The notes below the pieces were generated by a model that saw only the letters and a program-made list of their open reading frames with translations, did no database searches and was not told the origin of the DNA. Source: an uncultured Actinomycetota bacterium (GTDB lineage: Bacteria; Actinomycetota; Actinomycetes; Mycobacteriales; CADCTP01). Taken from it: DNA of 64,000 bases. Made by a program: the position numbers and the translations under genes. The stretch lies in NCBI GenBank assembly GCA_963770145.1, contig CAVYOJ010000002.1, positions 180,848 through 244,847 on the forward strand, read 5' to 3'. Position 1 is the first letter of the stretch. Every line of letters begins with the position of its first letter. This document shows, piece by piece, positions 53,837-63,200 of the stretch.

Positions 53837-54187
53837 GTGCTGGTACGGGTCAACCCGGGATCGCCGGAGCCGATCTACGCGCAGATCGCGAGCGCGGTCC
53901 GCCGGGAGGTCGCGGCCGGGCGGGTGCGGCCGGGCGAGCGGCTGCCCGGCGCCCGCGAGCTGGCCGCGGCGCTCGGGGTCAACCTGCACACGGTGCTGCG
54001 CGGCTACCAGGAGCTGCGCGACGAGGGCGTGGTCGAGCTGCGGCGCGGCCGCGGTGCGGTGGTCACCGACGCGGCGCCGCGGATCGCCGGGCCGGCCGCG
54101 GCGCTGCGGGCGTTCGTCGCCGAGGCCCGCCGGGCCGGGCTGACCGCGGCCGAGGCGGCGGCGATGGTGCGGGAGGAGATGTCATGA
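53837..54187 (+). CDS. GntR-family (YtrA-like, short) transcriptional regulator
   Basis: Intact. PIYAQIASAVRREVAAGRVRPGERLPGARELAAALGVNLHTVLRGYQELRDEGVVELRRGRG is a winged HTH. The effector domain is short. Confidence 0.88.
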   Translation: MLVRVNPGSPEPIYAQIASAVRREVAAGRVRPGERLPGARELAAALGVNLHTVLRGYQELRDEGVVELRRGRGAVVTDAAPRIAGPAAALRAFVAEARRAGLTAAEAAAMVREEMS

Positions 54188-54285
54188 TCGCCGCGGGCGC
54201 CGGTTCGTGGTCACCGTGGACGGCGCGGCGGAGGCGGCGGCGCTGCTGGCGGCGCTCACCGACCGGGTGCACCGCTGAACTTTCT

Positions 54286-54425
54286 TCCGTCCACAGGGTG
54301 TGGGTGAGTTCTCGCAGGTCAGTCGGGCAATCCGGGCCAGCGGTTGGGTCGCCCACAGGTTGTCCCCAGCACGGTCCGCAGGCCCGGCCGGGTTGTCCAC
54401 CGGCCGTCCCCAGGACGGTCCACAG
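54286..54425 (+). promoter_or_regulatory. array of DnaA-box-like 9-mers (nnGTCCnCA) phased every 11-12 bp upstream of dnaB
   Basis: The units are CCGTCCACA (54287-54295), TCGCCCACA (54349-54357), TTGTCCCCA (54360-54368), CGGTCCGCA (54372-54380), TTGTCCACC (54393-54401), CCGTCCCCA (54404-54412) and CGGTCCACA (54416-24). All share one orientation. The actinobacterial DnaA box consensus is TTGTCCACA. Confidence 0.4.
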
Positions 54426-54516
54426 GGCTGCTCCGACCCGGGGGTCGTACGGCCCTAATCTGGGCACTCGGGCGCTATGCTTCGAACACAGGTTCGAACG
54501 GCGGGAGGGCGGCGCG

Positions 54517-57182
54517 GTGGCGATCACGGACGACATCGGGACGTCCGGCCCACGCGCTCCCGACTTCGACCGGCAGCCGCCGCAGGACGTGCAGGCCGAG
54601 CAGTCCGTGCTCGGCGGCATGCTGCTGTCCAAGGACGCGATCGCCGACGTGGTCGAGGTGCTGCGGGCCGGCGACTTCTACCGGCCGGCCCACCAGATCG
54701 TCTACGACACGATCCTCGACCTCTACGGGCGGGGCGAGCCGGCCGACGCGGTGACCGTCTCGGCCGAGCTGACCCGCACCGGGCAGCTGATGCGGGTCGG
54801 CGGCACGCCCTACCTGCACACGCTGATCTCCTCGGTGCCGACCGCCGCCAACGCCGGGTTCTACGCGGAGATCGTGGCCGAGCGGGCCACCCTGCGCCGG
54901 CTGGTCGAGGCCGGCACCCGGATCGTCCAGCTCGGCTACGGCGCGGCCGCCGGCCAGGGCGGCGACGTGGACGAGGTGGTCGACCGCGCCCAGGCCGAGA
55001 TCTACGACGTCACCGAGCGGCGCACCAGCGAGGACTACGTCCGGCTCGAGCAGCTGCTGCAGGGCACGATGGACGAGATCGACGCGATCTCCTCCCGCGG
55101 CGGGCAGAACATCGGCGTCCCCACCGGCTTCTCCGAGCTCGACCAGATCACCAACGGCCTGCACCCCGGCCAGATGGTCATCCTCGCCGCCCGCCCGGCG
55201 ATCGGCAAAAGCACTCTGGCGCTGGATTTTTCGCGGGCTTGTTCGATCAGGCACGGCATGACGTCGGCGATCTTCTCGCTGGAGATGAGCAAGTCCGAGA
55301 TCACCATGCGGCTGCTGTCGGCGGAGGCGAAGGTTCCGCTGCACCACATGCGGTCCGGGCACATGAGCGACGACGACTGGGCCCGGCTGGCCCGGCGGAT
55401 GGGCGAGGTGGCCGACGCGCCGCTCTACATCGACGACTCGCCCAACCTCACGATGATGGAGATCCGGGCCAAGGCGCGCCGGCTCAAGCAGCGGCACGAC
55501 CTGCGCCTCGTCGTCGTCGACTACCTGCAGCTGATGACCAGCGGCAAGCGGGTGGAAAACCGGCAGGTCGAGGTCTCCGAGTTCTCCCGGTCGCTCAAGC
55601 TGCTGGCCAAGGAGCTCGAGGTGCCGGTGGTCGCGATCAGCCAGCTCAACCGCGGCCCGGAGCAACGCACCGACAAGAAGCCGATGCTGTCCGACCTACG
55701 TGAAAGCGGCTGCATGACCGCGGACACGAAGATCCTGCGAGCCGACACAGGCGCTCCGGTCACCTTCGGCGAACTCATGGACCGAGGCGTCGAGGGGATC
55801 CAGGTCTGGTCACTAGACGAGGGTCGGCGGCTGGTGCCGTCGCCGTTGACCGCAGTGTTTCCCTCCGGCGTGAAAGAGGTCTTCCGGCTGACGCTCACGT
55901 CCGGTCGAACGGTCAAGGCCTCAGGCAACCACCCGTTCCGCACCCTCGGCGGGTGGGTGGCGTTGGAGGATCTCGCCGCCGGCGACCGGGTCGCCGTCCC
56001 CGGAGGATCCCGGCCCCGCTCGCCGCCGGCCTGGGCTGGGGCGAGCAGCGTCTCGGTCTGCTCGCGCACCTGCTCGGCGACGGCTGCGTGCTCGCCCGGC
56101 AGCCGGTGCACTACACGTCGCAGGACGAGGCGAACCTGGGCTTCGTCGAGCAGGCCGCGAGCGCCGAGTTCGGCATCCGGCCGCGGCGGGTCGCGCAGGG
56201 CAGCTGGCAGCACACCTACCTCCCCGCGCCGTACCGGCTGACCCACGGGCGCCGTAATCCGATCGTGGCGTGGTTCCACGAGCTGGGCATCGCCGGACTC
56301 CGGTCGTACGAGAAGAAGCTGCCCGACCAGCTCTACGCGGCGGACGACGGAGAGATACGGACCTTCCTGCGCCACCTGTGGGCGACGGACGGCAGGATCT
56401 TCGTGCCCGCCCCCGGCGCGGCGAAGTCGGCAACCACGGGTCTACTACGCGACGTCGAGCCGCGCGCTTGCCGACGGGGTGGTCCACCTGCTCGGCCGGC
56501 TCGGCCTCGCCTCCCGCCTCTACCTGGTGCGGTACGCGAAGTCGGAGCGACTCGGCTATCACGTAGTCGTCGCCGGTGCGCGGGACGTGCGCCGGTTCTG
56601 CGCGGAGGTCGGCGTGCACGGCCAGCGCGGAGCCAAAGCAGCGGAGTACCTGGATCGTTCCGCCGACACCGGCGTGAACACCGAACGTCGACACGCTGCC
56701 GATCGAGGTGTGGGACTTGGTTGAGGCCGAACGGTCGCGGGCTGGCATGAGCGAGCGAGCCCTCCAGGCCGCGATCGGCCTGCACTACTGCGGGGCGACG
56801 CTCTACAAGTCCAGCCCGAGCCGCGATCGCCTCGCCCGCATCGCCGAGGCCCTCGACTCCGTCGGCGCTCCGTTCCCTCGCCACCGACGACGTGCTGTGG
56901 GACCGCGTGGTCCGCGTCGAGGCGCTCGGTCCCCAACCGGTGTACGACGCCACGGTCAAGCAGACGCACAACTTTGTCGCGGACGGCATCGTCGCGCACA
57001 ACTCGCTGGAGCAGGATGCCGACATGGTGGTGTTGCTGCATCGGGAGGATGCGTACGAGCGGGAGTCGCCGCGGGCCGGCGAGGCCGACCTCATCCTGGC
57101 CAAGCACCGCAACGGGCCGACCGGCCTGGTGACGGTCGCCTTCCAGGGGCACTACTCGCGCTTCGTGGACATGGCCGGCTGA
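54517..57182 (+). CDS. dnaB: replicative DNA helicase DnaB, interrupted by an intein (exteins 54517..55710 and 57003..57182)
   Basis: GTG at 54517 follows GGGAGGG. PPQDVQAEQSVLGGMLLSKDAI is present. Walker A reads ARPAIGKSTLALDF. VVVDYLQLM is followed by ...KKPMLSDLRESG | intein | SLEQDADMVVLLHREDAY...LILAKHRNGPTG...FQGHYSRFVDMAG*. Confidence 0.95.
55711..57002 (+). mobile_element. DnaB intein with LAGLIDADG homing-endonuclease domain; frame interrupted about 4 times inside the endonuclease part
   Basis: It starts at Cys (TGC 55711) with CMTADTKILRADTG (block A). Block B is KASGNHPF. The LAGLIDADG-like motifs are LGLLAHLLGDGCV and FLRHLWATDGRI. The C-terminal splicing blocks read VYDATVKQTHNFVADGIVAHN|S. 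The length of 1292 nt is not a multiple of 3. Confidence 0.88.
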
Positions 57183-57901
57183 TGCTGCTGGTCCAGGTCA
57201 GCGACCTGCATCTGGACGGGAGCCCGGAGCGGCACGAGCGGGCCGAGCGGGTCATGGCGTACGTGAACGGGCTGACCGGCGTCGACGCGGTCCTGGTCAG
57301 CGGGGACATCGCCGACCACGGCGAGCCGGCCGAGTACGCGGAGGCCAGGCAGCTGCTGGCGTCCCCGCACCGGGTGCTGACCTGCCCGGGCAACCACGAC
57401 GTGCGCGGTCCGTACGAGTCGGTGCTGCTGGGCCGGTCGCCGTCCGGCGGCGCGGTCAACGAGGCGCACGACGTGGCCGGCGTGCTGATCGCGATGTGCG
57501 ACTCGTCCCGGCCGGGGCGGGCCGACGGGCTGCTCGACGAGCCGACGCTGGGCTGGCTCGACGGCGTGCTGGCCGACCGGCCGGCGCTGGTCTGCTTCCA
57601 CCACCCGCCGGCGACGATGCACCAGCCGATGATCGACGAGATCCTGCTGACCGACCCGGACCGGCTGGCCGCCGTGCTGGACCGGCATCCCGGGGTGGTC
57701 GCGGTGCTCTGCGGGCACGCGCACACCGCCGCCGCGACCACGTTCGCCGGCCGGCCCTGCCACGTCGCCCCGGGCGTGGTCTCGACCCTGCGGCTGCCGG
57801 CCGAGCACGCCGACGACCTCGACTACGCGCTGCCGCCGGCGGTCGCGCTGCACGTCCTCGACGGCACCCGGCTGACGACCCACTACCGCGTCGTCCCCTG
57901 A
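57182..57901 (+). CDS. metallophosphoesterase (CpdA-like phosphodiesterase)
   Basis: ATG at 57182 overlaps the dnaB TGA. LVQVSDLHLDG, SGDIADHG, PGNHD, FHHPP and CGHAH are present. Intact. Confidence 0.85.
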   Translation: MLLVQVSDLHLDGSPERHERAERVMAYVNGLTGVDAVLVSGDIADHGEPAEYAEARQLLASPHRVLTCPGNHDVRGPYESVLLGRSPSGGAVNEAHDVAGVLIAMCDSSRPGRADGLLDEPTLGWLDGVLADRPALVCFHHPPATMHQPMIDEILLTDPDRLAAVLDRHPGVVAVLCGHAHTAAATTFAGRPCHVAPGVVSTLRLPAEHADDLDYALPPAVALHVLDGTRLTTHYRVVP

Positions 57902-57974
57902 TCTGTTAGGCAGGTCACGCCGATCGAGCGGGGCACGGTGTCACAGCCGGGCCGGGCCGTCCCGTCCTCAGGGC

Positions 57975-58423
57975 ATGAGCGTGCGTGGACAACGGATCGT
58001 GCTCGGCGTGCTGCTGCTGATCGCGCTGGTGATCGGACTGTGGGCGCTGCTGGCGCCGCGGTCGTTCTACGACTCCTTCCCCGGCGGCAACGGCATGCAC
58101 TGGGTCTCCGCCGACGGGCCGTACAACCGGCACCTGGTCAGCGACGTGGGATCGATGTATCTGGCGCTGGCGGCGCTGACCGTCGCCGCGCTCGGCCGGC
58201 CGGCGCTCGGCGCGGCTGGCCGGCGTGGTCTGGCTGGTGTTCTCGGTGCCGCACTGGCTCTACCACTCCGCCCACCTCGGCCTGTACGGCACCCGTGACC
58301 AGGTGCTCAACGAGGTCGCGCTGGTCGCGGTCGTGCTGCTGGCGGCGCTGCTGTGCGTGCCGCGCGACCGCTGGGTCGGCGGCCGCGCGCCGGCCACGGC
58401 GAGCGGCGGAGGTGCGGCGATGA
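57975..58423 (+). CDS. integral membrane hypothetical protein; frame interrupted about 2 times (near 58215 and 58390)
   Basis: MSVRGQRIVLGVLLLIALVIGLWALLAP... (ORF 57975..58298) continues as VWLVFSVPHWLYHSAHLGLYG...VALVAVVLLAALLCVP. The likely stop is TGA 58421-58423, overlapping the next ATG. Confidence 0.5.
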
Positions 58424-59172
58424 GGGTCGCGGTCGCGGGCGGCACCGGCCTCACCGGCCGGCACGTGGTGGACAGCCTGGCCGGCAGCGGGCACGAGCCG
58501 GTCGTGCTGTCCCGGTCCAGCGGCGTCGACCTGGTCACCGGCGCCGGGCTGGCGGCGGCGCTGGCCGGCGCCGGCGCGGTGATCGACGTGTCGAACGTGA
58601 CGACGACGAGGCGCGCGGTGGCCGAGCAGTTCTTCACCGCCACGACGACCCAGCTGCGCGACGCCGCGGCCGCGGCCGGCGTCGGCCACTACGTGCTGCT
58701 CTCGATCGTCGGCGTGGACCGGGTCGATCTCGGCTACTACGCGGGCAAGCGGCGACAGGAGCAGCTGCTGGCCGCCGGCCCGGTGCCGTGGACCGTGCTG
58801 CGGGTGACGCAGTTCCACGAGTTCGCCGAGCAGGTGCTCGAGCGGTTGCGCGGGCGGGTCGCGGTGCTCCCGGCGATGCGGTCCCGGCCGGTCGCGGTGG
58901 CCGAGGTGGCCGACGCGCTGGTCGAGGCGGTCACCGCCGGCCCGGTGGACGGGTACGCGACCGAGCTGGCCGGGCCGGAGGTGCTCTGGCTGGCGGACAT
59001 GGCCCGGCTGGTGCTGCGCCGGCGCGGGGAGCGCCGGCAGGTGCTGTCGGTGCCGTGGCCGGCGCGGGTCGGCCGCGAGCTCCGCGCCGGCGGGGCGCTG
59101 CCGCTGGGGGAGTTCCGGGAGGGCAAGCGGACCTTCGCGGACTACCTCGACACGATCGAGCCGAGCCGGTGA
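58420..59172 (+). CDS. NAD(P)H-binding (NmrA/atypical SDR-like) protein
   Basis: An RBS GGAGG lies 7 nt before ATG 58420. MRVAVAGGTGLTGRHVV is a Rossmann motif. Intact 250 aa. Confidence 0.85.
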   Translation: MRVAVAGGTGLTGRHVVDSLAGSGHEPVVLSRSSGVDLVTGAGLAAALAGAGAVIDVSNVTTTRRAVAEQFFTATTTQLRDAAAAAGVGHYVLLSIVGVDRVDLGYYAGKRRQEQLLAAGPVPWTVLRVTQFHEFAEQVLERLRGRVAVLPAMRSRPVAVAEVADALVEAVTAGPVDGYATELAGPEVLWLADMARLVLRRRGERRQVLSVPWPARVGRELRAGGALPLGEFREGKRTFADYLDTIEPSR

Positions 59173-60062
59173 GCGAGCGGGCCGAGGAGCTGGCCGCGGC
59201 GTACAGCGCCGTCCGGCCGCGCCTGGTCGGGATCGCGTACGCGGTGCTCGGCACCAGGGCCGAGGCGGAGGACGTGGTCTCGGACTGCTGGCTGCGGCTG
59301 GCGCACGCCGACGCCCGCGAGCCGGTCCGGGACGTGGCGGGCTGGGCCGTCGTCGCGGTGTCCCGGCGGGCGCTGGACGTGCTGCGCTCGGCCCGGGTGC
59401 AGCGGGAGTCGTACGTCGGCCCGTGGCTGCCGGAGCCGATCCTCGACGACCCGGCCGACCGGGTCAGCCTGGACGAGCGGGTCAGCTTCGCGTTGATGGT
59501 GGTGCTGGAGACGCTGTCGCCGGCCGAGCGCACGGCCTGGGTGCTGCACGAGCTGTTCGGGATGCCGTTCCCGGAGATCGCCCGGGTCGTCGGCCGCAGC
59601 CCCGCCGCGGTGCGCCAGCTGGCGTCCCGGGCGCGGGCGCACGTCGCCGCCGGGGCGCCGCGGCTGGACGTCGACGCCGCCGACCACCGCCGCACGGTCG
59701 AGGCGTTCCTGGCCGCGACCGCCGGCGGCGACCTCGCCGGCCTGCTGGCCGTGCTCGACCCCGACGTGGTGCTGACCAGCGACGGCGGCGGGATCGCGCT
59801 GGCCGCGCGACGTCCGGTGCTCGGCGCGGACCGGGTGGCCCGCCTGCTGCTCGGGGCGGCACACCGGCAGCCGGTCGTGCACCGCGCGGTCACGATCAAC
59901 GGCCAGGCCGGGTACGCCACGACCGACCCGGACGGCCGGCTGCTCGCCGTCTGCGCGCTGACCGTCCGCGACGGTCGGGTGGTCCGGGTCGACCTGGTCA
60001 TGTCGCCGGCGAAGCTCCCGCGACCGTCGCACGATGAGACGGTCGGGTCCGGGCCGGCATGA
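59169..60062 (+). CDS. RNA polymerase sigma factor SigJ-like (ECF with SnoaL-like C-terminal domain)
   Basis: GTG at 59169 forms a GTGA overlap. AEDVVSDCWLRL, RESYVGPWLPEPIL and LSPAERTAWVLHELFGMPFPEIARVVGRSPAAVRQLASRARAHV are present. Intact. Confidence 0.85.
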   Translation: MSERAEELAAAYSAVRPRLVGIAYAVLGTRAEAEDVVSDCWLRLAHADAREPVRDVAGWAVVAVSRRALDVLRSARVQRESYVGPWLPEPILDDPADRVSLDERVSFALMVVLETLSPAERTAWVLHELFGMPFPEIARVVGRSPAAVRQLASRARAHVAAGAPRLDVDAADHRRTVEAFLAATAGGDLAGLLAVLDPDVVLTSDGGGIALAARRPVLGADRVARLLLGAAHRQPVVHRAVTINGQAGYATTDPDGRLLAVCALTVRDGRVVRVDLVMSPAKLPRPSHDETVGSGPA

Positions 60063-60108
60063 GACGGTCGCCTGGTCGCCATGTCGCGGCCGGGACCAGG
60101 AGCCTTCG

Positions 60109-61104
60109 ATGTCGGATACCGATCGGCACCAGGGCGGTGCAGTGCCGACCACCGGCGCGTCCCGGCTGACCACGTGGCACCAGGACGTCTTCGCCGCGAT
60201 GGGCCGCTGGCGCTGGCTGCAGGCGCTCGACGGCAGCGTCGCCGGCGTGCTGCAGCCGCTCTACGACCGGCACCGCGACAACCTCGCCGTCGAGCTGATG
60301 CACGGCGGACGGTGGGCCGGCCACTCGGTGCACACCGCGCTCAGTGACCTGCCGATCGGCTTCTGGTCCGGCGTGCTCGTGCTCGACCTGCTCGGCAAGG
60401 ACGTCCCGGCCGCGGACGGGCGGATGGACCCGGCCGCGACGCTGAGCGCGGCCGGCCTGGTCGCGGCGGCGGGCACCGTCGCGACCGGCGTCACCGACTG
60501 GGCCGTCAGCGACGGCGAGGACCGCCGGGTCGGCCTGTTCCACGGCCTGCTCAACGCCGCCGGGGTCACGCTGCAGGCCGCGTCGCTGGCCGCGCGGCTG
60601 ACCGGGCACCGCCGGCCGGCGCGGGCGCTCGGCGTCACCAGCATGGCCGTCACGGCGGCCGCCGGCTTCGTCGGCGGGCACCTGGTGCAGGGCCGGGCGG
60701 TCATGGTCAACCGGGTGGCCGCGACCACCGGTCCCAGCCGCTGGGTCCGCACGGTCGCCGACGCCGACCTCCCGGACGGCGGCACGATCGGGGTCGAGGT
60801 CGAGGGCCGGAAGGTGCTGCTGCACCGGGCCGGCGGCCAGCTGTACGCCCTGGACGACCTGTGCAGCCACGCCGGCGCCCTGCTCAGCCGGGGACAGGTC
60901 GACGGGTGCGTGGTCACCTGCCCGCTGCACGGATCCCGCTTCGACCTGCGGGACGGGCGCATCGTCCGCGGGCCGGCCCACCACCCCCAGCCGGTGCTGC
61001 CGGCGCGGGCCCGCAACGGATGGATCGAGGTGCGGGGCTCCCAGCCTCGGCCCAGGACCGCCAGAAGCAGAGGAGAGGCCCGTGGCGTGGGAAGCAATCG
61101 CTGA
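60109..61104 (+). CDS. DUF2231 membrane domain fused to a Rieske [2Fe-2S] domain
   Basis: An RBS GGAG lies 7 nt before ATG 60109. HSVHTALSDLPIGFWSGVLVLDLLG marks the DUF2231-like TM region. The C-terminal Rieske ligands are CSHAGALL...CPLHGSRFDLRDG. Confidence 0.78.
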   Translation: MSDTDRHQGGAVPTTGASRLTTWHQDVFAAMGRWRWLQALDGSVAGVLQPLYDRHRDNLAVELMHGGRWAGHSVHTALSDLPIGFWSGVLVLDLLGKDVPAADGRMDPAATLSAAGLVAAAGTVATGVTDWAVSDGEDRRVGLFHGLLNAAGVTLQAASLAARLTGHRRPARALGVTSMAVTAAAGFVGGHLVQGRAVMVNRVAATTGPSRWVRTVADADLPDGGTIGVEVEGRKVLLHRAGGQLYALDDLCSHAGALLSRGQVDGCVVTCPLHGSRFDLRDGRIVRGPAHHPQPVLPARARNGWIEVRGSQPRPRTARSRGEARGVGSNR

Positions 61105-61435
61105 CCTGGACCAGCTGGAGGAGGGCGACATGATGCTCGTCCAGCTCGGCGAGCCGGTCTGCATCGTCCGGCTGTACGAGGACGAGGTGGTCGCCGTCCA
61201 CAACACCTGCACCCACCAGCAGCAGCCGCTCAACGAGGGCTACCTGCAGGAGGACGACACGGTGATCTGTCCCGCGCACAACTCCCGCTTCGACCTCAGA
61301 ACCGGCGCGGCGACCGGCGTGCCGGCGGTCGCGCCGATCCCGGTCTACGCCTGCAAGATCGAGGACGGCGCGATCTGGGTGGACATGGAGCAGCAGCTCA
61401 ACGACGCGGCGATCCCGCACAAGCCGTACCACTGA
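61082..61435 (+). CDS. Rieske (2Fe-2S) ferredoxin-type protein
   Basis: GTG at 61082 follows GGAGAGG. CTHQQQPL...CPAHNSRFDLRTG is present. Intact. It overlaps the upstream gene by 23 nt. Confidence 0.8.
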   Translation: MAWEAIADLDQLEEGDMMLVQLGEPVCIVRLYEDEVVAVHNTCTHQQQPLNEGYLQEDDTVICPAHNSRFDLRTGAATGVPAVAPIPVYACKIEDGAIWVDMEQQLNDAAIPHKPYH

Positions 61436-61444
61436 GCGCGCGAA

Positions 61445-61471
61445 GGCCCGGCCCCTGTCCGGGACCGGGCC
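61445..61471. terminator. hairpin between convergent Rieske gene and rplI
   Basis: GGCCCGG-(13 nt)-CCGGGCC forms a 7-bp GC stem with no T-tract. Confidence 0.35.
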
Positions 61472-61486
61472 CTCGTCGGGTGTGCC

Positions 61487-61933
61487 TCAGGCCTCGACGA
61501 CCTCGAGCGGGATCGTCGCCGTCACCTCGGGGTGCAGCACCACCGGCACCTCGTGCCGGCCCAGCGACTTGATGCCGCCGGCCAGCTGCAGCCGCCGCCG
61601 GTCCAGCATCGGACCGCCGGCCTTCTGCACCGCGGCGACCACGTCGGCCGCGGTGACCGAGCCGAACAGCCGGCCGCCCGCGCCGGCCCGGGCCGGCAGC
61701 GTGACGGACAGCTTCTCCAGGTCGCGCTTGATCTCCTGGGCGTGGCCGAGGTCGCGCACGTCGCGCGCGTCCCGGGCCCGCTTGATCGTCGCGACCTGCT
61801 TCTCGCCGCCCTTGGTCCAGGCCATCGCGTAGCCGCGCGGGACGAGGAAGTTGCGCCCGTACCCGTCCTTGACCTCGACGACGTCGCCCGGCGAGCCGAG
61901 CCCGGCGACCTCCTGGGTGAGGATGAGCTTCAT
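61487..61933 (-). CDS. rplI: 50S ribosomal protein L9
   Basis: ATG at 61933. [36 protein letters not shown]... is present. Intact. Confidence 0.95.
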   Translation of the reverse strand: MKLILTQEVAGLGSPGDVVEVKDGYGRNFLVPRGYAMAWTKGGEKQVATIKRARDARDVRDLGHAQEIKRDLEKLSVTLPARAGAGGRLFGSVTAADVVAAVQKAGGPMLDRRRLQLAGGIKSLGRHEVPVVLHPEVTATIPLEVVEA

Positions 61934-61946
61934 CGACCGGACCCCC

Positions 61947-62183
61947 CTAGCGCGCCGTGCTCGTGTACGGCAGCAGCGCCATCTCGCGGCTGTTCTTGAC
62001 CGCGACGGCGACGTCACGCTGGTGCTGGCTGCAGTTGCCGGTCACCCGCCGGGCCCGGATCTTGCCCCGGTCGGAGATGAACTTCCGCAGCAGCGCGGTG
62101 TCCTTGTAGTCGATGTAGGTGGCCTTGTCCTTGCAGAACGCGCAGACCTTCTTCTTCGGCTTGCGCAGTGGCGCCTTCGCCAT
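61947..62183 (-). CDS. rpsR: 30S ribosomal protein S18
   Basis: Intact [46 protein letters not shown] is present. Confidence 0.95.
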   Translation of the reverse strand: MAKAPLRKPKKKVCAFCKDKATYIDYKDTALLRKFISDRGKIRARRVTGNCSQHQRDVAVAVKNSREMALLPYTSTAR

Positions 62184-62218
62184 GTGTCAGTGCTCCGTCA
62201 GGTAGATCGGGGAAGGGT

Positions 62219-62767
62219 CTAGAAGGGCGGCTCGTCGTAGGAGCCCGAGCCGGCACCGGCCGGCGTCGCGGACCCCCACGGGTCGTCGCTGCCGCCGCCG
62301 CGGTTGCCACCGCCGGCACCGCCGGCACCGCCGGCACCGCCGCCGCCGCCACCGCCGCCGAAGCCGCCGCCGCCGCCACCGAAGTCCCCGCCGCCGCTGC
62401 CGCGGGAGACCTTGTTGACCTTGGCGGTCGCGTACCGCAGCGAGGGGCCGATCTCGTCGACCTCGAGCTCGACCACGGTGCGCTTCTCGCCCTCCTTCGT
62501 CTCGAAGGAGCGCTGCTTGAGCCGGCCGGTCACGACGACGCGGGCCCCACGGGTGAGCGACTCGGCGACGTTCTCCGCCGCCTGCCGCCAGACGTTGCAG
62601 CGCATGAACAGCGCTTCCCCGTCCTTCCACTCGTTGGTCTGCCGGTCGAACATGCGCGGCGTGGACGCGACGGTGAAGTTCGCGACCGCGGCCCCGCTCG
62701 GGGTGAACCGCAGCTCCGGGTCGGCGGTGAGGTTGCCGACCACGGTGATGATCGTGTCGCCTGCCAT
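62219..62767 (-). CDS. ssb: single-stranded DNA-binding protein
   Basis: Intact ORF. The OB fold reads [29 protein letters not shown]. It has a Gly-rich linker and an acidic tip ending DEPPF. Confidence 0.95.
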   Translation of the reverse strand: MAGDTIITVVGNLTADPELRFTPSGAAVANFTVASTPRMFDRQTNEWKDGEALFMRCNVWRQAAENVAESLTRGARVVVTGRLKQRSFETKEGEKRTVVELEVDEIGPSLRYATAKVNKVSRGSGGGDFGGGGGGFGGGGGGGGAGGAGGAGGGNRGGGSDDPWGSATPAGAGSGSYDEPPF

Positions 62768-62800
62768 CTGTCCTCCGTCGTCAGTGTCTGGGGAAGACGG

Positions 62801-63091
62801 TTACCGGAGCTCGGGGCGCAGCACCTTCGTCCGCAGCACCTCGTCGTTGAGGTTGAGCTGGCGGTCGAGCTCCTGCACGGCGGCCGGCTCCGAGGTCAGG
62901 TCGACCACGGCGTAGATGCCCTCGACCTTCTTCGCGATCTCGTACGACAGCCGGCGGCGGCCCCAGACGTCGACCTTCTCGACGGAGCCGCCGGCGGTGC
63001 GCACGACGTTGAGGTAGTTGTCGAGCAGCGGAGAAACGGTCCGCTCCTCGAGGTCAGGGTTGAGGATGACCATGAGCTCGTAGTGACGCAC
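62801..63091 (-). CDS. rpsF: 30S ribosomal protein S6
   Basis: GTG at 63091. [19 protein letters not shown]...RRLSYEI is present. An RBS AGGAGG lies upstream. Intact. Confidence 0.93.
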   Translation of the reverse strand: MRHYELMVILNPDLEERTVSPLLDNYLNVVRTAGGSVEKVDVWGRRRLSYEIAKKVEGIYAVVDLTSEPAAVQELDRQLNLNDEVLRTKVLRPELR

Positions 63092-63200
63092 GGTGAGGAA
63101 AGCCTCCTGTGGACTCGGCGGCCGCGGACTCTCCGCGGCAGGAGGAACGCCGGCGACTCGATCGCCGGACCGCACGAGGGTACGCCATCAGTCCGCGCGC
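63092..63200 (-). promoter_or_regulatory. structured 5' leader of the rpsF-ssb-rpsR-rplI operon (possible S6:S18-binding leader)
   Basis: On the minus strand there are two GC hairpins just upstream of the RBS: CCGGCGAtcgagTCGCCGG and CCGCGGagagtCCGCGG. The identity with the known rpsF leader motif is not verified. Confidence 0.25.

Noticed and set aside
54184-54278. 31-codon ORF coupled by ATGA to the GntR gene
   Set aside because: It needs an assumed base correction to reach its stop. It is very short and has no recognisable features. I mention it in a finding but do not call it as a feature.
54348-54425. 11-bp tandem units and the 17-bp repeats at 16691..16777 as a CRISPR array
   Set aside because: The units are contiguous without spacers and far too short. 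No cas genes are present. They are not CRISPR.
62270-62400. GGC/GCC-rich reiterated DNA looking like a simple-sequence repeat
   Set aside because: It encodes the glycine-rich flexible linker of SSB ([21 protein letters not shown]), a normal feature of actinobacterial SSB proteins.
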